From positions 1-29,316 of the forward strand of contig JBGAJQ010000063.1 in NCBI GenBank assembly GCA_044224875.1: a stretch of 29,316 nt of DNA. Direction: 5' to 3'. This DNA is from Gemmatimonadaceae bacterium (GTDB lineage: Bacteria; Gemmatimonadota; Gemmatimonadetes; Gemmatimonadales; Gemmatimonadaceae). Below are positions 17,353 through 25,342 of the stretch, piece after piece (position 1 is the stretch's first letter; each line of letters begins with the position of its first letter). The notes below the pieces were generated by a model. That model searched no databases. It was not told where the DNA came from and saw only the letters and a list, made by a program, of their open reading frames with translations. The translations under genes and the position numbers were made by a program.

Positions 17353-20300
17353 ATGCTACGACATGTTGCCGGGTTTGAGCTGCGCTACCAGCTCAAGACG
17401 CCCGCCTTCTGGATCACCTGTCTGACCTTCTTCGCCCTGGCGTTTGCGACGGTGCTCGCGGACTCGTTGCACATCGGTTGGGGCGGGCAGGTGTACCGGA
17501 ACTCGCCTTTTGCCGTGGCGCTGCTCACGCTGATCTTCGCCATCTGGTCGGTGTTCATCCTGACGGCATTCGTGGCAAACGTGGTCGTGCGCGATGAGGA
17601 GACGCGGTTCGGGCCGATCATCTACGCGACGCGGCTGTCCACCTTCGACTACTTGTTCGGCCGTTTCGGCGGAGCGTTTCTCGCGGGATGTGTCGCTTTC
17701 CTGAGCGTGCCGCTGGGCATTGCCATTGGTTCGGCGATGCCATGGTTGGATCCGGCCACCGTAGGCCCGTTCCGGCCGGGCGACTACTTGTACGTCTACT
17801 TCGTGCTGTGTGTGCCGACGCTGTTCATCGTGGGCGCGTTCCTGTTCGCGTTGGCGACCACGACCCGCTCGATGTTCGCGACGTACATCGGTGCGGTGGT
17901 GTTGGTCACGCTCTACTACATCGGAGTCTTCTATTTCCGACGCCCCGAGTTCGCGTCGTTCGCTGCGTTGTTCGATCCCTTCAGCCTGTCGACGTTCGGC
18001 TCCGTCACCCGCAACTGGACGCCTGTCGAGCGCAACACGATGCTTCCGCCGCTCGCCGGTATCATCCTGCAGAACCGACTGATCTGGCTGGCACCGGCGT
18101 TTGTGTTGCTGGCCGTGGCGTATCGCGCCTTTCTCCGCTTCCGTCGTACCCCGCCCAGCACGGGCAAGAGTCCTCGCGAGGCGTCGATCGCCGAACCGCA
18201 ACGTCCCGCCTTGGGAACGTCGTCGGCCGCGCCAACGCACCGCGAGCTTGGTTGGGGGCCGCTGGTTGCGTTGACGCGGTTTGACGTGCTGACGGCGCTC
18301 CGCAGTCCGGCGTACGCGGCACTGTTAGGCATCGCGTTCATTAACGCGGTCATCGGCCTGTGGATCGCCGGCGAAGACTCGGTGAGCACCATCCTGCCGG
18401 TGACACGCGTGATGATCCAGGCCCTGCGCGACCAGTTCACGACGTTGCCGATGATCATTGCGGCGTTCTACGCGGGTGAGCTGGTGTGGCGTGACCGCGA
18501 GCGCCGGATCTTCGAGATGATCGATGCGACGCCGGCATCGGACGCGGCGTTCCTCGTTCCGAAGATCCTTGCGAGTACGGTGGTGCTCTTCTCGGCGGCG
18601 TTGATCAGCGTCGTCGCCGCGATCCTCGTGCAAGTACTCAAGGGGTACACGACGTTCGAGTTCACGCACTACCTGAGCTGGTACGTCTTCCCGTGGCTGA
18701 TCAACATGGTGCTCTATGCGGTGCTTGCGGTCTTTGTCCAGGCGCTCGTGCCGAACAAGTACCTGGGATTGCTGATCATGCTGTTGTTTATCGTTGGACA
18801 GCTGACCCTTCCTGGCCTTGGCTTCGAGCACAACCTCTACCGATACGCATCGACACCGCCAGTTCCTCTTTCCGACATGAATGGTCAGGGCCCGTACGTG
18901 CGCTATGCGGCGTGGTTCCAGGCCTATTGGCTGTCAGTTGCAACACTCCTGGTCGTGGGTGCCTATGCGGTGTGGCGACGCGGGGTGTCCGCGCCCCTGC
19001 GTGTGCGGCTGAAGCGCCTTCCCCACCGGATCGTTGGGCCGGCGCGATGGATCGCCACCGCGGCGGCCGTCGCCACGACCTCGCTAGGCGCCTTCATCTT
19101 CTACAACACGAACATCGTCAACGAATACCGGCCGTACGATGTCAATGAAGCGTGGGCGGCAACATATGAGAAAACGATGGCAGGCCTTGGCTCGAAGATC
19201 CAGCCACGCATCAGGGACGTAACTCTCAATATCGATCTCTTCCCCGATGAACCGCGCGTGGTGACGCGTGGCACCTACGTCATCGAGAACCAGACGACCA
19301 CACCGATGACTGAGGTGCATGTCTCGTGGCCGCACGTATACGAGGCAAAGACCTTCATTGGCACGCTCACCATCGGCGAACTGCAACTTCGGTCGCTGGA
19401 GGTGACGGGTGCGCGGATGACGCGCGAGTTGCCGGACATGAACTTTCGGATCTTCACCTTCGACACGCCCCTGGCGCCGGGTGAACGTCGGGAGATACGG
19501 TTCGAGACGGTGCGCGAACAGCACGGCTTCCGAAATTCCAACAACGAAGCTCGCGTCGTCGCGAATGGCACGTTCCTCGACAACCTGCAGATCACGCCCC
19601 GGCTTGGCATCGTGCACGACTATTTCCTGAGCGGGCGGACGACGCGGCGGAAGTACGGCTTACCCGAAGCGCCGGGGGCGGTGAAGCTGGAGGACAGCGT
19701 CGCGCGGGCCGATGCGTACCTCAGGCGCGACAGCGATTGGGTCAACGCAGACATCACCGTCTCTACCGTGGCCGACCAGACCGTACTGGCCCCCGGCTAC
19801 CTGATCGACACAAGGGTCGCAGGCGGACGACGCGTCGCGCATTTCCGCACCGAATCCCCCATCCTCAACTTCTTCTCCATACAGTCGGCAGCGTACGCCG
19901 CGCGAGAGGATCACTGGAAGGATGTGCCGATCACGGTCTACTACCATCCGGCGCATGCGTTCAATGTCGACAGCATGCTCACCGTGATGAAGGCTTCGCT
20001 CGACTACTACTCGCAGAACTTCAGCCCTTTCCAATTCCGCCAGCTGCGACTGGTGGAGTTCCCGGCGTACGTCAACTTTGCCCAGTCGTTCCCCGGCACC
20101 ATCGCCTACTCCGAGGCGGCCGGGTTCGTCTTCAACATTTCGGATCCGCAGAAGCCGCACCTCGTCACGTACGTCACCGCGCACGAAACCGCGCACCAAT
20201 GGTGGTTCCATCAGGTCGTTGGCGCCGACATGGAGGGCATGACGGTGCTCTCGGAAACACTCGCGCAGTATTCGGCGCTCATGGTGATGGAGCGTATGTA

Positions 20301-20976
20301 CGGTCCGGAGAACATTCGTCTCTTCCTGAAGAGCGCCCTCAGTGGGTACTTGAGAGGCCGGGGAACGGAGGCAGCCGAGGAGCGGCCACTGGAGCGGCTG
20401 GATGGTCAGAATCAGGCGTACATCGGATACCAGAAGGGTGCGCTCGTGATGTACCTGCTCAAGGAACAGATGGGTGAGGCGGCCGTGAATCGTGCGTTGC
20501 AGGCGCTCATCCACGACTATGCGTTCAAGGGGCCTCCCTACCCTCGCTCGCTCGAGTTGGTCGAGCGCCTGCGGGCGCAGGCCCGCCCCGAGGAGCAGCA
20601 ACTCATCACCGACCTGTTCGAGAAGATCACACTGTACGACCTGCAGGTCGCGAGCGCGCGTTCGAGCCGGCGGTCAGATGGAAAGTGGGACGTCGTGATG
20701 GAGGTCGAGCTTCACAAGCGCTACGCCGACGGTAAGGGGGTGGAGACCGAAGCACCCCTCGATGGCATGTTCGACGTGGGCATTTTCTCGGCGGACCCGG
20801 GGACGAATGGCTTCACCAAGGCCAACGTCCTTTCGATGGAACGTCGTCGTCTGCACAGTGGTCAGCAGTCACTGACGGTAGTGGTCGATCAGCCGCCGAG
20901 GTTTGCGGGCTTGGACGCGTACACCAAGTACGTGGACCGCAAGACAAGTGACAATGTCGTGCCGGTAAAGGAGTGA
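17353..20976 (+). CDS. ABC-2 permease / M1-family aminopeptidase fusion
   Basis: Two permease-like TM blocks, then a soluble domain with AQSF and a HETAH...E gluzincin motif. Lies 9 nt downstream of the ATPase gene. Confidence 0.9.
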   Translation: MLRHVAGFELRYQLKTPAFWITCLTFFALAFATVLADSLHIGWGGQVYRNSPFAVALLTLIFAIWSVFILTAFVANVVVRDEETRFGPIIYATRLSTFDYLFGRFGGAFLAGCVAFLSVPLGIAIGSAMPWLDPATVGPFRPGDYLYVYFVLCVPTLFIVGAFLFALATTTRSMFATYIGAVVLVTLYYIGVFYFRRPEFASFAALFDPFSLSTFGSVTRNWTPVERNTMLPPLAGIILQNRLIWLAPAFVLLAVAYRAFLRFRRTPPSTGKSPREASIAEPQRPALGTSSAAPTHRELGWGPLVALTRFDVLTALRSPAYAALLGIAFINAVIGLWIAGEDSVSTILPVTRVMIQALRDQFTTLPMIIAAFYAGELVWRDRERRIFEMIDATPASDAAFLVPKILASTVVLFSAALISVVAAILVQVLKGYTTFEFTHYLSWYVFPWLINMVLYAVLAVFVQALVPNKYLGLLIMLLFIVGQLTLPGLGFEHNLYRYASTPPVPLSDMNGQGPYVRYAAWFQAYWLSVATLLVVGAYAVWRRGVSAPLRVRLKRLPHRIVGPARWIATAAAVATTSLGAFIFYNTNIVNEYRPYDVNEAWAATYEKTMAGLGSKIQPRIRDVTLNIDLFPDEPRVVTRGTYVIENQTTTPMTEVHVSWPHVYEAKTFIGTLTIGELQLRSLEVTGARMTRELPDMNFRIFTFDTPLAPGERREIRFETVREQHGFRNSNNEARVVANGTFLDNLQITPRLGIVHDYFLSGRTTRRKYGLPEAPGAVKLEDSVARADAYLRRDSDWVNADITVSTVADQTVLAPGYLIDTRVAGGRRVAHFRTESPILNFFSIQSAAYAAREDHWKDVPITVYYHPAHAFNVDSMLTVMKASLDYYSQNFSPFQFRQLRLVEFPAYVNFAQSFPGTIAYSEAAGFVFNISDPQKPHLVTYVTAHETAHQWWFHQVVGADMEGMTVLSETLAQYSALMVMERMYGPENIRLFLKSALSGYLRGRGTEAAEERPLERLDGQNQAYIGYQKGALVMYLLKEQMGEAAVNRALQALIHDYAFKGPPYPRSLELVERLRAQARPEEQQLITDLFEKITLYDLQVASARSSRRSDGKWDVVMEVELHKRYADGKGVETEAPLDGMFDVGIFSADPGTNGFTKANVLSMERRRLHSGQQSLTVVVDQPPRFAGLDAYTKYVDRKTSDNVVPVKE

Positions 20977-21348
20977 AGCTGATCTTTCTGAGCCACGTGG
21001 CGCGCGGCGGCCGCATTGGCCTTGTGACCGTTCCGTGCTCACCGAGGTCTCACGCCTTGTGGCGCGCAATTCCGCGTGCCTCAGGACCGAGCAACCAGAC
21101 GTATGAACGGACCTAGATCCCGATTTCGCAGTTCATCGTGCCTTCTCGCGACACGCCGTGTCGCGGGCGGTTGGCCATGTGCTGCCAGTCGTCAGACTCG
21201 AATTCTCACTCACCTCGGCTCCCGCCGCGTGAGGCGATCCCCGTGATGGACTGACTCTCGTCAGGTACATCATTCGCGCCCCACGTCGGCAAACGCCGAG
21301 TGGGGCGCGGTGCTTTGGTGCACTTCGCTCCGCAACCACGACGTCACC

Positions 21349-21513
21349 ATGAGCAACGAACGGAACGAAAACGAATCCTTGAAGAGACGGCGCGACGTGC
21401 CCGTCGATTTCGTGGTCGTGTTCGGCGAGTGCGGATACTTCCGCGTGAGCCGCCGGACGGCCGCGCGGATCGCGACGGTGCTCGACAAGCGATGGCGGAC
21501 GGATCGGAGCTGA
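21349..21513 (+). CDS. Small hypothetical protein (54 aa), possibly truncated
   Basis: Protein-like sequence MSNERNE...DFVVVFGECGYFRVSRRTAARIATVLDKRWR, ending 52 nt before rtcB. RBS is weak. Confidence 0.4.
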   Translation: MSNERNENESLKRRRDVPVDFVVVFGECGYFRVSRRTAARIATVLDKRWRTDRS

Positions 21514-21565
21514 GGTCGGTGCGCCAAGCGCGCACCGGCCCAACTCCATAACTTGAGACGGAACC

Positions 21566-22789
21566 ATGAAGATCTTTGGCGATCATGACGAAGACACCGT
21601 CGCCCAGATGCAACGGGTGGCGGAGCACGCGGTACACACGGCCCTCATGGCAGACGGGCACGTCGGCTACGTCATGCCGATCGGCGGCGTCGCTGCGTAC
21701 CGGAATCAGGTCTCCGTGGTCGGTGTCGGCTTCGACATCGCTTGCGGGAATGCGGCCATCCGCACGGACCTCACGCTCGACGCGTTCGGCGACACCTCCG
21801 CTGAGCGGCAGCGGCGGTTGTCGGAGCTGGCGGACGAGATCGAGCACACCGTCAGCTTCGGCGTTGGCCGCAAGAACACGGCGGACGACGCACCCACGGA
21901 TCACCCGCTCTTTCTCGACGCGGGGTGGGACGCAGCTCCGCGCAAGGAGCGGCAAGGACTCCTCGCTCGGGCGCGGAACCAACTCGGCACCGTTGGATCG
22001 GGAAACCACTACGTCGACATTTTTGCCGATACGCAGGGGCGGCTGTGGGTCGGCGTGCACTTCGGGAGCCGTGGCTTTGGCCACTCCGTGGCGAGTGGGT
22101 TCCTCGCGCTTGGCCAGGGGAAGGCGTGGGGCGACAAGGTCCCTGAGCAGGAAGTGCTGCTGGACGTGAATGAGCCGACTGGTCACGACTATTGGGCACT
22201 GATGAATCTGGCGGGTCGATACGCGTACGCCGGACGGGAGTGGGTCGCCCGCAAGGTCGTGTCGCTGCTTGGCGGTCAGGAGGTGGAGCTCGTGCACAAC
22301 CATCACAACTTCGCGTGGAAGGAGACGCACGACGGCGAGGAGTTCGTGGTGGTGCGGAAGGGTGCCACGCCGGCGTTCCCCGGGCAAACGGGGTTCGTTG
22401 GTGGTTCCATGGGCGATGATGCCGTGATCGTCCGCGGTGCCGTTGTCCCTGACGATGAACCACTGGCGGCGTTGCAGCGGGCGGCCCTGTACTCGACCGT
22501 CCACGGTGCCGGTCGTGTCATGTCGCGGACGGCGGCGGCCGGAAAGATCCGTCGCAAGACGGGTGAGGTGCTGTCGCCGGGTCGGATCAGCCAGCAGATG
22601 ATGACCGAGTGGCTGGCTGGGGTGGGGGTGATCCTGCGGGGCGGCGGTCTCGATGAGGCGCCGCAGGCCTATCGTCGGCTGCCGGCGGTCCTGGCGGCGC
22701 AGCAGGGTACCGTGGAGGTCGTCGAGACGCTCAAGCCGCTCGTGGTCGTGATGGCTGGTTCGAACGAGTTTGACCCTTACAAGGACTGA
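21566..22789 (+). CDS. rtcB: RtcB-family RNA ligase (3'-phosphate/2',3'-cyclic phosphate to 5'-OH)
   Basis: DGHVGY, GFDIACG, GTVGSGNHY, VHFGSRG, HNHHN, RKGAT, GSMG, HGAGR and DEAPQAY motifs. Confidence 0.95.
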   Translation: MKIFGDHDEDTVAQMQRVAEHAVHTALMADGHVGYVMPIGGVAAYRNQVSVVGVGFDIACGNAAIRTDLTLDAFGDTSAERQRRLSELADEIEHTVSFGVGRKNTADDAPTDHPLFLDAGWDAAPRKERQGLLARARNQLGTVGSGNHYVDIFADTQGRLWVGVHFGSRGFGHSVASGFLALGQGKAWGDKVPEQEVLLDVNEPTGHDYWALMNLAGRYAYAGREWVARKVVSLLGGQEVELVHNHHNFAWKETHDGEEFVVVRKGATPAFPGQTGFVGGSMGDDAVIVRGAVVPDDEPLAALQRAALYSTVHGAGRVMSRTAAAGKIRRKTGEVLSPGRISQQMMTEWLAGVGVILRGGGLDEAPQAYRRLPAVLAAQQGTVEVVETLKPLVVVMAGSNEFDPYKD

Positions 22790-22827
22790 GTGTGCTTGGT
22801 GCGTCAAGCACGAGACGGGATGCGCGT

Positions 22828-22860
22828 GGCCGGTCGGCAAATTGGACTTGCCGACCGGCC
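22828..22860. terminator. Strong hairpin between convergent rtcB and antitoxin genes
   Basis: GGCCGGTCGGCAA-N7-TTGCCGACCGGCC, a perfect 13-bp stem. No U-tract. Confidence 0.55.
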
Positions 22861-22972
22861 TACCGCTCCTGCTGGCCCTTCGTGACGTGATGAAGCACGA
22901 ACCCTCGCAGTGGGTGCGGCCATGCAAGGCTGCGCGGCGTGTTACCCATGTTCCCGTAGCTCAGATCAGCCG

Positions 22973-23296
22973 TCAGGCTGCGTGCGAGTTTGCTATGGCC
23001 TTTCCGACCTGCGCTGGCGTTGAGCCAAGCGCAAAGAGTGAACGCAACAGTAGATCGACTGACACCGACGGGTCTGCCGATTCCATTTTGGCTACCCGCG
23101 ATTGGCTTGACCCCAGTTCGGAAGCCAGGGCTGCCTGCGACATGCGTCGCATCATCCGTTGCCGACGTAGTGCCCGTGCCAGCGCAACACGCACTTCAAC
23201 GACAGCACTCTCAACGTCGGAGAGGCCGAGGAATTCCTTTGCACTCCCAACTCGCCAACCAGCGCTTTCGAGACGCTCTCGTTTCGCCTTCTTCAT
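22973..23296 (-). CDS. XRE-family HTH antitoxin
   Basis: LESAGWRVGSAKEFLGLS; MSQAALASELGSSQSRVAKMESADPSVSVDLL HTH; GGAGG RBS. Confidence 0.88.
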   Translation of the reverse strand: MKKAKRERLESAGWRVGSAKEFLGLSDVESAVVEVRVALARALRRQRMMRRMSQAALASELGSSQSRVAKMESADPSVSVDLLLRSLFALGSTPAQVGKAIANSHAA

Positions 23297-23312
23297 CTGG
23301 CCCTCCGATCGC

Positions 23313-23645
23313 CTAGGATGCGTCATACTCTTTGAGACGCCGCTTGGATGAATCGATCACAAGTCTTGGCGTCTTACGGTCCTTCTTCTCGAAGACCTCC
23401 ACGATCACGACGGCGTCGGCGTCAATCCGGTAGATGATCCGCCACGTGAGGTTCTGATCAGTGATGCGGAGTTCGTGGCACCGAGGTCCAATACTCGACA
23501 TCGGGCGAGATCGGGGCATTCCGAGCTTGTCTCCCTTCTGGAGCAAGCGGAGCAAGTAGCCAGCCTCGAGACGTGCCTCCGCTGAGAATGGTGGCGTCCT
23601 CACCTCTCCCCTCAGCCAAACCAATGGCTTGTCAGTTGGAGACAT
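23313..23645 (-). CDS. Type II toxin, RelE/ParE superfamily (gp49/HigB-like, toxin-first order)
   Basis: KPLVWL.GEV.TPPFS..AR.EAG.LLR.LQ.G...MP.SRPM..IG.RCHELRI...WRIIYRID.DA.VI..VF.KK..KTP. Confidence 0.9.
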   Translation of the reverse strand: MSPTDKPLVWLRGEVRTPPFSAEARLEAGYLLRLLQKGDKLGMPRSRPMSSIGPRCHELRITDQNLTWRIIYRIDADAVVIVEVFEKKDRKTPRLVIDSSKRRLKEYDAS

Positions 23646-23651
23646 GGAGTA

Positions 23652-23679
23652 AGTTTATGTCGCATACGACATATGTCAA
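23652..23679 (-). promoter_or_regulatory. TA promoter with overlapping palindromic operators
   Basis: TTGACA-N16-TAAACT, 6 nt before the toxin ATG. Inverted repeat TATGTCG-CATA-CGACATA (23656-23673) and palindrome GACATATGTC (23668-23677). Confidence 0.7.
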
Positions 23680-23752
23680 GTCGGACATGGGTCGGTTGCC
23701 GAGCGATGTCCGCCGCTGCGCGCCGAAGCTTGACGTGCGCGGTCATCGCCTT

Positions 23753-24745
23753 TCACTCGATAGGACTCATTGCCTCCAGACTCCCCAACCGACCGAGCGT
23801 TGGCGCTAGTGCAGGCAACTCACTCGACGGCGCCAAGTGGGGATCAAGGCGAAACCACGGGCCCATCGTTGTCAGGACTGCGAGCAGGACCGCACCGATG
23901 CTCAAAAAGGCGCCAACGTGTGCGCGCCGACGTACCTGCGCGTCCGTGCGGCACCTAACGTCGAGCACCCGCTCGATGCGTCGCGACACATCCGAAGCTC
24001 GCGCCATCCCGACTGCACCCATGCTGTTTGGATGAGCGATCGAGAATTCAAGGAGCACGGCCGCGTATCGGGTAGGCTTGCCACTTCTCGCCAGGGCGGC
24101 GTCATCGCTCAGGTGCTCGGCGAGCAACGCGAGGCGATGCGCGTGCCACCACGCCAACGGGCTCACCCAGAACAGCGCCCGATAGACGTGTGCAAGAACT
24201 TGCCAATGAAAGTCGCGCCGTTCGATGTGGGACCGCTCGTGCGCGAGTACGCACGCGCGCTGCTCCGCGCTCCAGTGCTGCCATTCGTTCGGGAGAAGAA
24301 CTCCGGCGTGGGTAGCCATCGGTCCCGTCACGCGATCGCTGCACCGCACATGCAGTGAGTCCGTTGAGAGCGACGATACGGGAGTTGCCGTACGCCACAA
24401 CCGCTCCACCATCACAAGCCCCACGGCTACGCGCAGCAAGAGCACACCTGCCCCGCCGATGTAGAGCGGCCATAAAACAGCGAGGAGCCGACTCAACATC
24501 GGAACCGCGTTTCCCAACGAGAATTGCTCGGCACCGGTGACCGAGCGCAACACAATCGGTGCCGCGAGTGGCGCGACGAGTGGCAGCGCGAGCGCGACGG
24601 CCAACACCCACAGCCACGTGAGTCGCTCGTGAGCTGGGTGCCGTATGCGCAGCAGCTTCATCAGCGCCCACGTGGTCAATATCAGGCCGGCCGCACGAGC
24701 CGCCGCCTCAAACATCAGCGATGCGCCCGTAGCCAGTGCGCTCAT
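23753..24745 (-). CDS. M56-family (BlaR1/MecR1-like) membrane metallopeptidase, short form
   Basis: TM segments; VLAHERSHIERRD (HExxH); ALFWVSPLAW...AEHLSDDAAL...YAAVLL...RRIERVL. ATGA overlap with the repressor stop. Confidence 0.88.
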   Translation of the reverse strand: MSALATGASLMFEAAARAAGLILTTWALMKLLRIRHPAHERLTWLWVLAVALALPLVAPLAAPIVLRSVTGAEQFSLGNAVPMLSRLLAVLWPLYIGGAGVLLLRVAVGLVMVERLWRTATPVSSLSTDSLHVRCSDRVTGPMATHAGVLLPNEWQHWSAEQRACVLAHERSHIERRDFHWQVLAHVYRALFWVSPLAWWHAHRLALLAEHLSDDAALARSGKPTRYAAVLLEFSIAHPNSMGAVGMARASDVSRRIERVLDVRCRTDAQVRRRAHVGAFLSIGAVLLAVLTTMGPWFRLDPHLAPSSELPALAPTLGRLGSLEAMSPIE

Positions 24746-25137
24746 TTGGACTCTCGACGAGCGCGCTCGATCAGCGCTGCCAAACGGTTCAGCTCCGACT
24801 TCCGCAGTTTGGCTTGGCCGACGAGTCCGACCAGTAGGTCGCCCATCGATCCATCGTAGAGCCAGTTCGCCAGTCCCCGAACACCGCGCTCCGCGACCGC
24901 GGCCTGTGGGGCCGTTGGCGAAAAGAGAAACGTTCGCCCATCCGTCTTGTACTGGACCAGTCCCTTCTCTGTGAGCCGGCGAAGGACGGTGCGTACCGTA
25001 GACTCCTTCAGCGGCCGCTCCAGGAGCGATCGCACCGTCTCGGCAGACGCCGTGCCTTCTTGCCACAGGAGCCGAAGTACTTCGGCCTCGAGCTCACCCA
25101 GAGAGGGCAGCGGTTCAGTTATGGGCTTGGCTCTCAT
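24742..25137 (-). CDS. BlaI/MecI/CopY-family transcriptional repressor
   Basis: LGELEAEVLRLLW...LKESTVRTVLRRLTEKGLV...GRTFLF...YDGS...LLVGLV...EL..L..LI. Confidence 0.92.
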   Translation of the reverse strand: MRAKPITEPLPSLGELEAEVLRLLWQEGTASAETVRSLLERPLKESTVRTVLRRLTEKGLVQYKTDGRTFLFSPTAPQAAVAERGVRGLANWLYDGSMGDLLVGLVGQAKLRKSELNRLAALIERARRESK

Positions 25138-25139
25138 AT

Positions 25140-25156
25140 TGCTACAACTTGTAGCA
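25140..25156. promoter_or_regulatory. BlaI/CopY-type operator
   Basis: TGCTACAA-C-TTGTAGCA palindrome (TACA-N3-TGTA), 2 nt from the repressor start codon. Confidence 0.75.
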
Positions 25157-25209
25157 TTGGCACCATGCGGGGAAAGGGGCAGCCCCCTACACGTCGCGAC
25201 GGCCCTCCC

Positions 25210-25262
25210 TTGACGTCCGAAACAACTGACTGTTACCGTTTGTAGCAGTACGGCTTGTAACA
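25210..25262 (+). promoter_or_regulatory. Promoter of the serine hydrolase gene, overlapped by two degenerate operators
   Basis: TTGACG (25210) and TGn-TACCGT extended -10 (25231-25239). Operator-like TGTTACCGTTTGTAGCA (25231-25247) and CAGTACGGCTTGTAACA (25246-25262). Confidence 0.6.
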
Positions 25263-25342
25263 CCCGCCGCACAGCGCCGCGTCCATCGAGTAGGATGATG
25301 GACGCTTCTTAGTCACCCGACCGGACGTCCTCACGAGGCTGT

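Noticed and set aside
21050..21340. Sigma54 promoter expected for rtcB
   Set aside because: TGGC-containing candidates (e.g. TGGCCATGTGCTGC) have the wrong GG-to-GC spacing.
21344..22927. 527-aa minus-strand ORF, and similar long antisense ORFs elsewhere (e.g. 12619-13590, 19660-20601)
   Set aside because: Shadow frames of well-supported genes in GC-rich DNA, with no recognisable motifs.
22950..22964. GTTCCCGTAGCTCAG, resembling a tRNA 5' end, next to rtcB
   Set aside because: Only 15 nt. No D-loop GG, anticodon arm, TTCGA loop or matching acceptor strand follows.
23753..25066. 437-aa version of the M56 ORF
   Set aside because: The extension overlaps the BlaI-family gene in another frame. 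The ATGA-coupled start at 24745 fits better.
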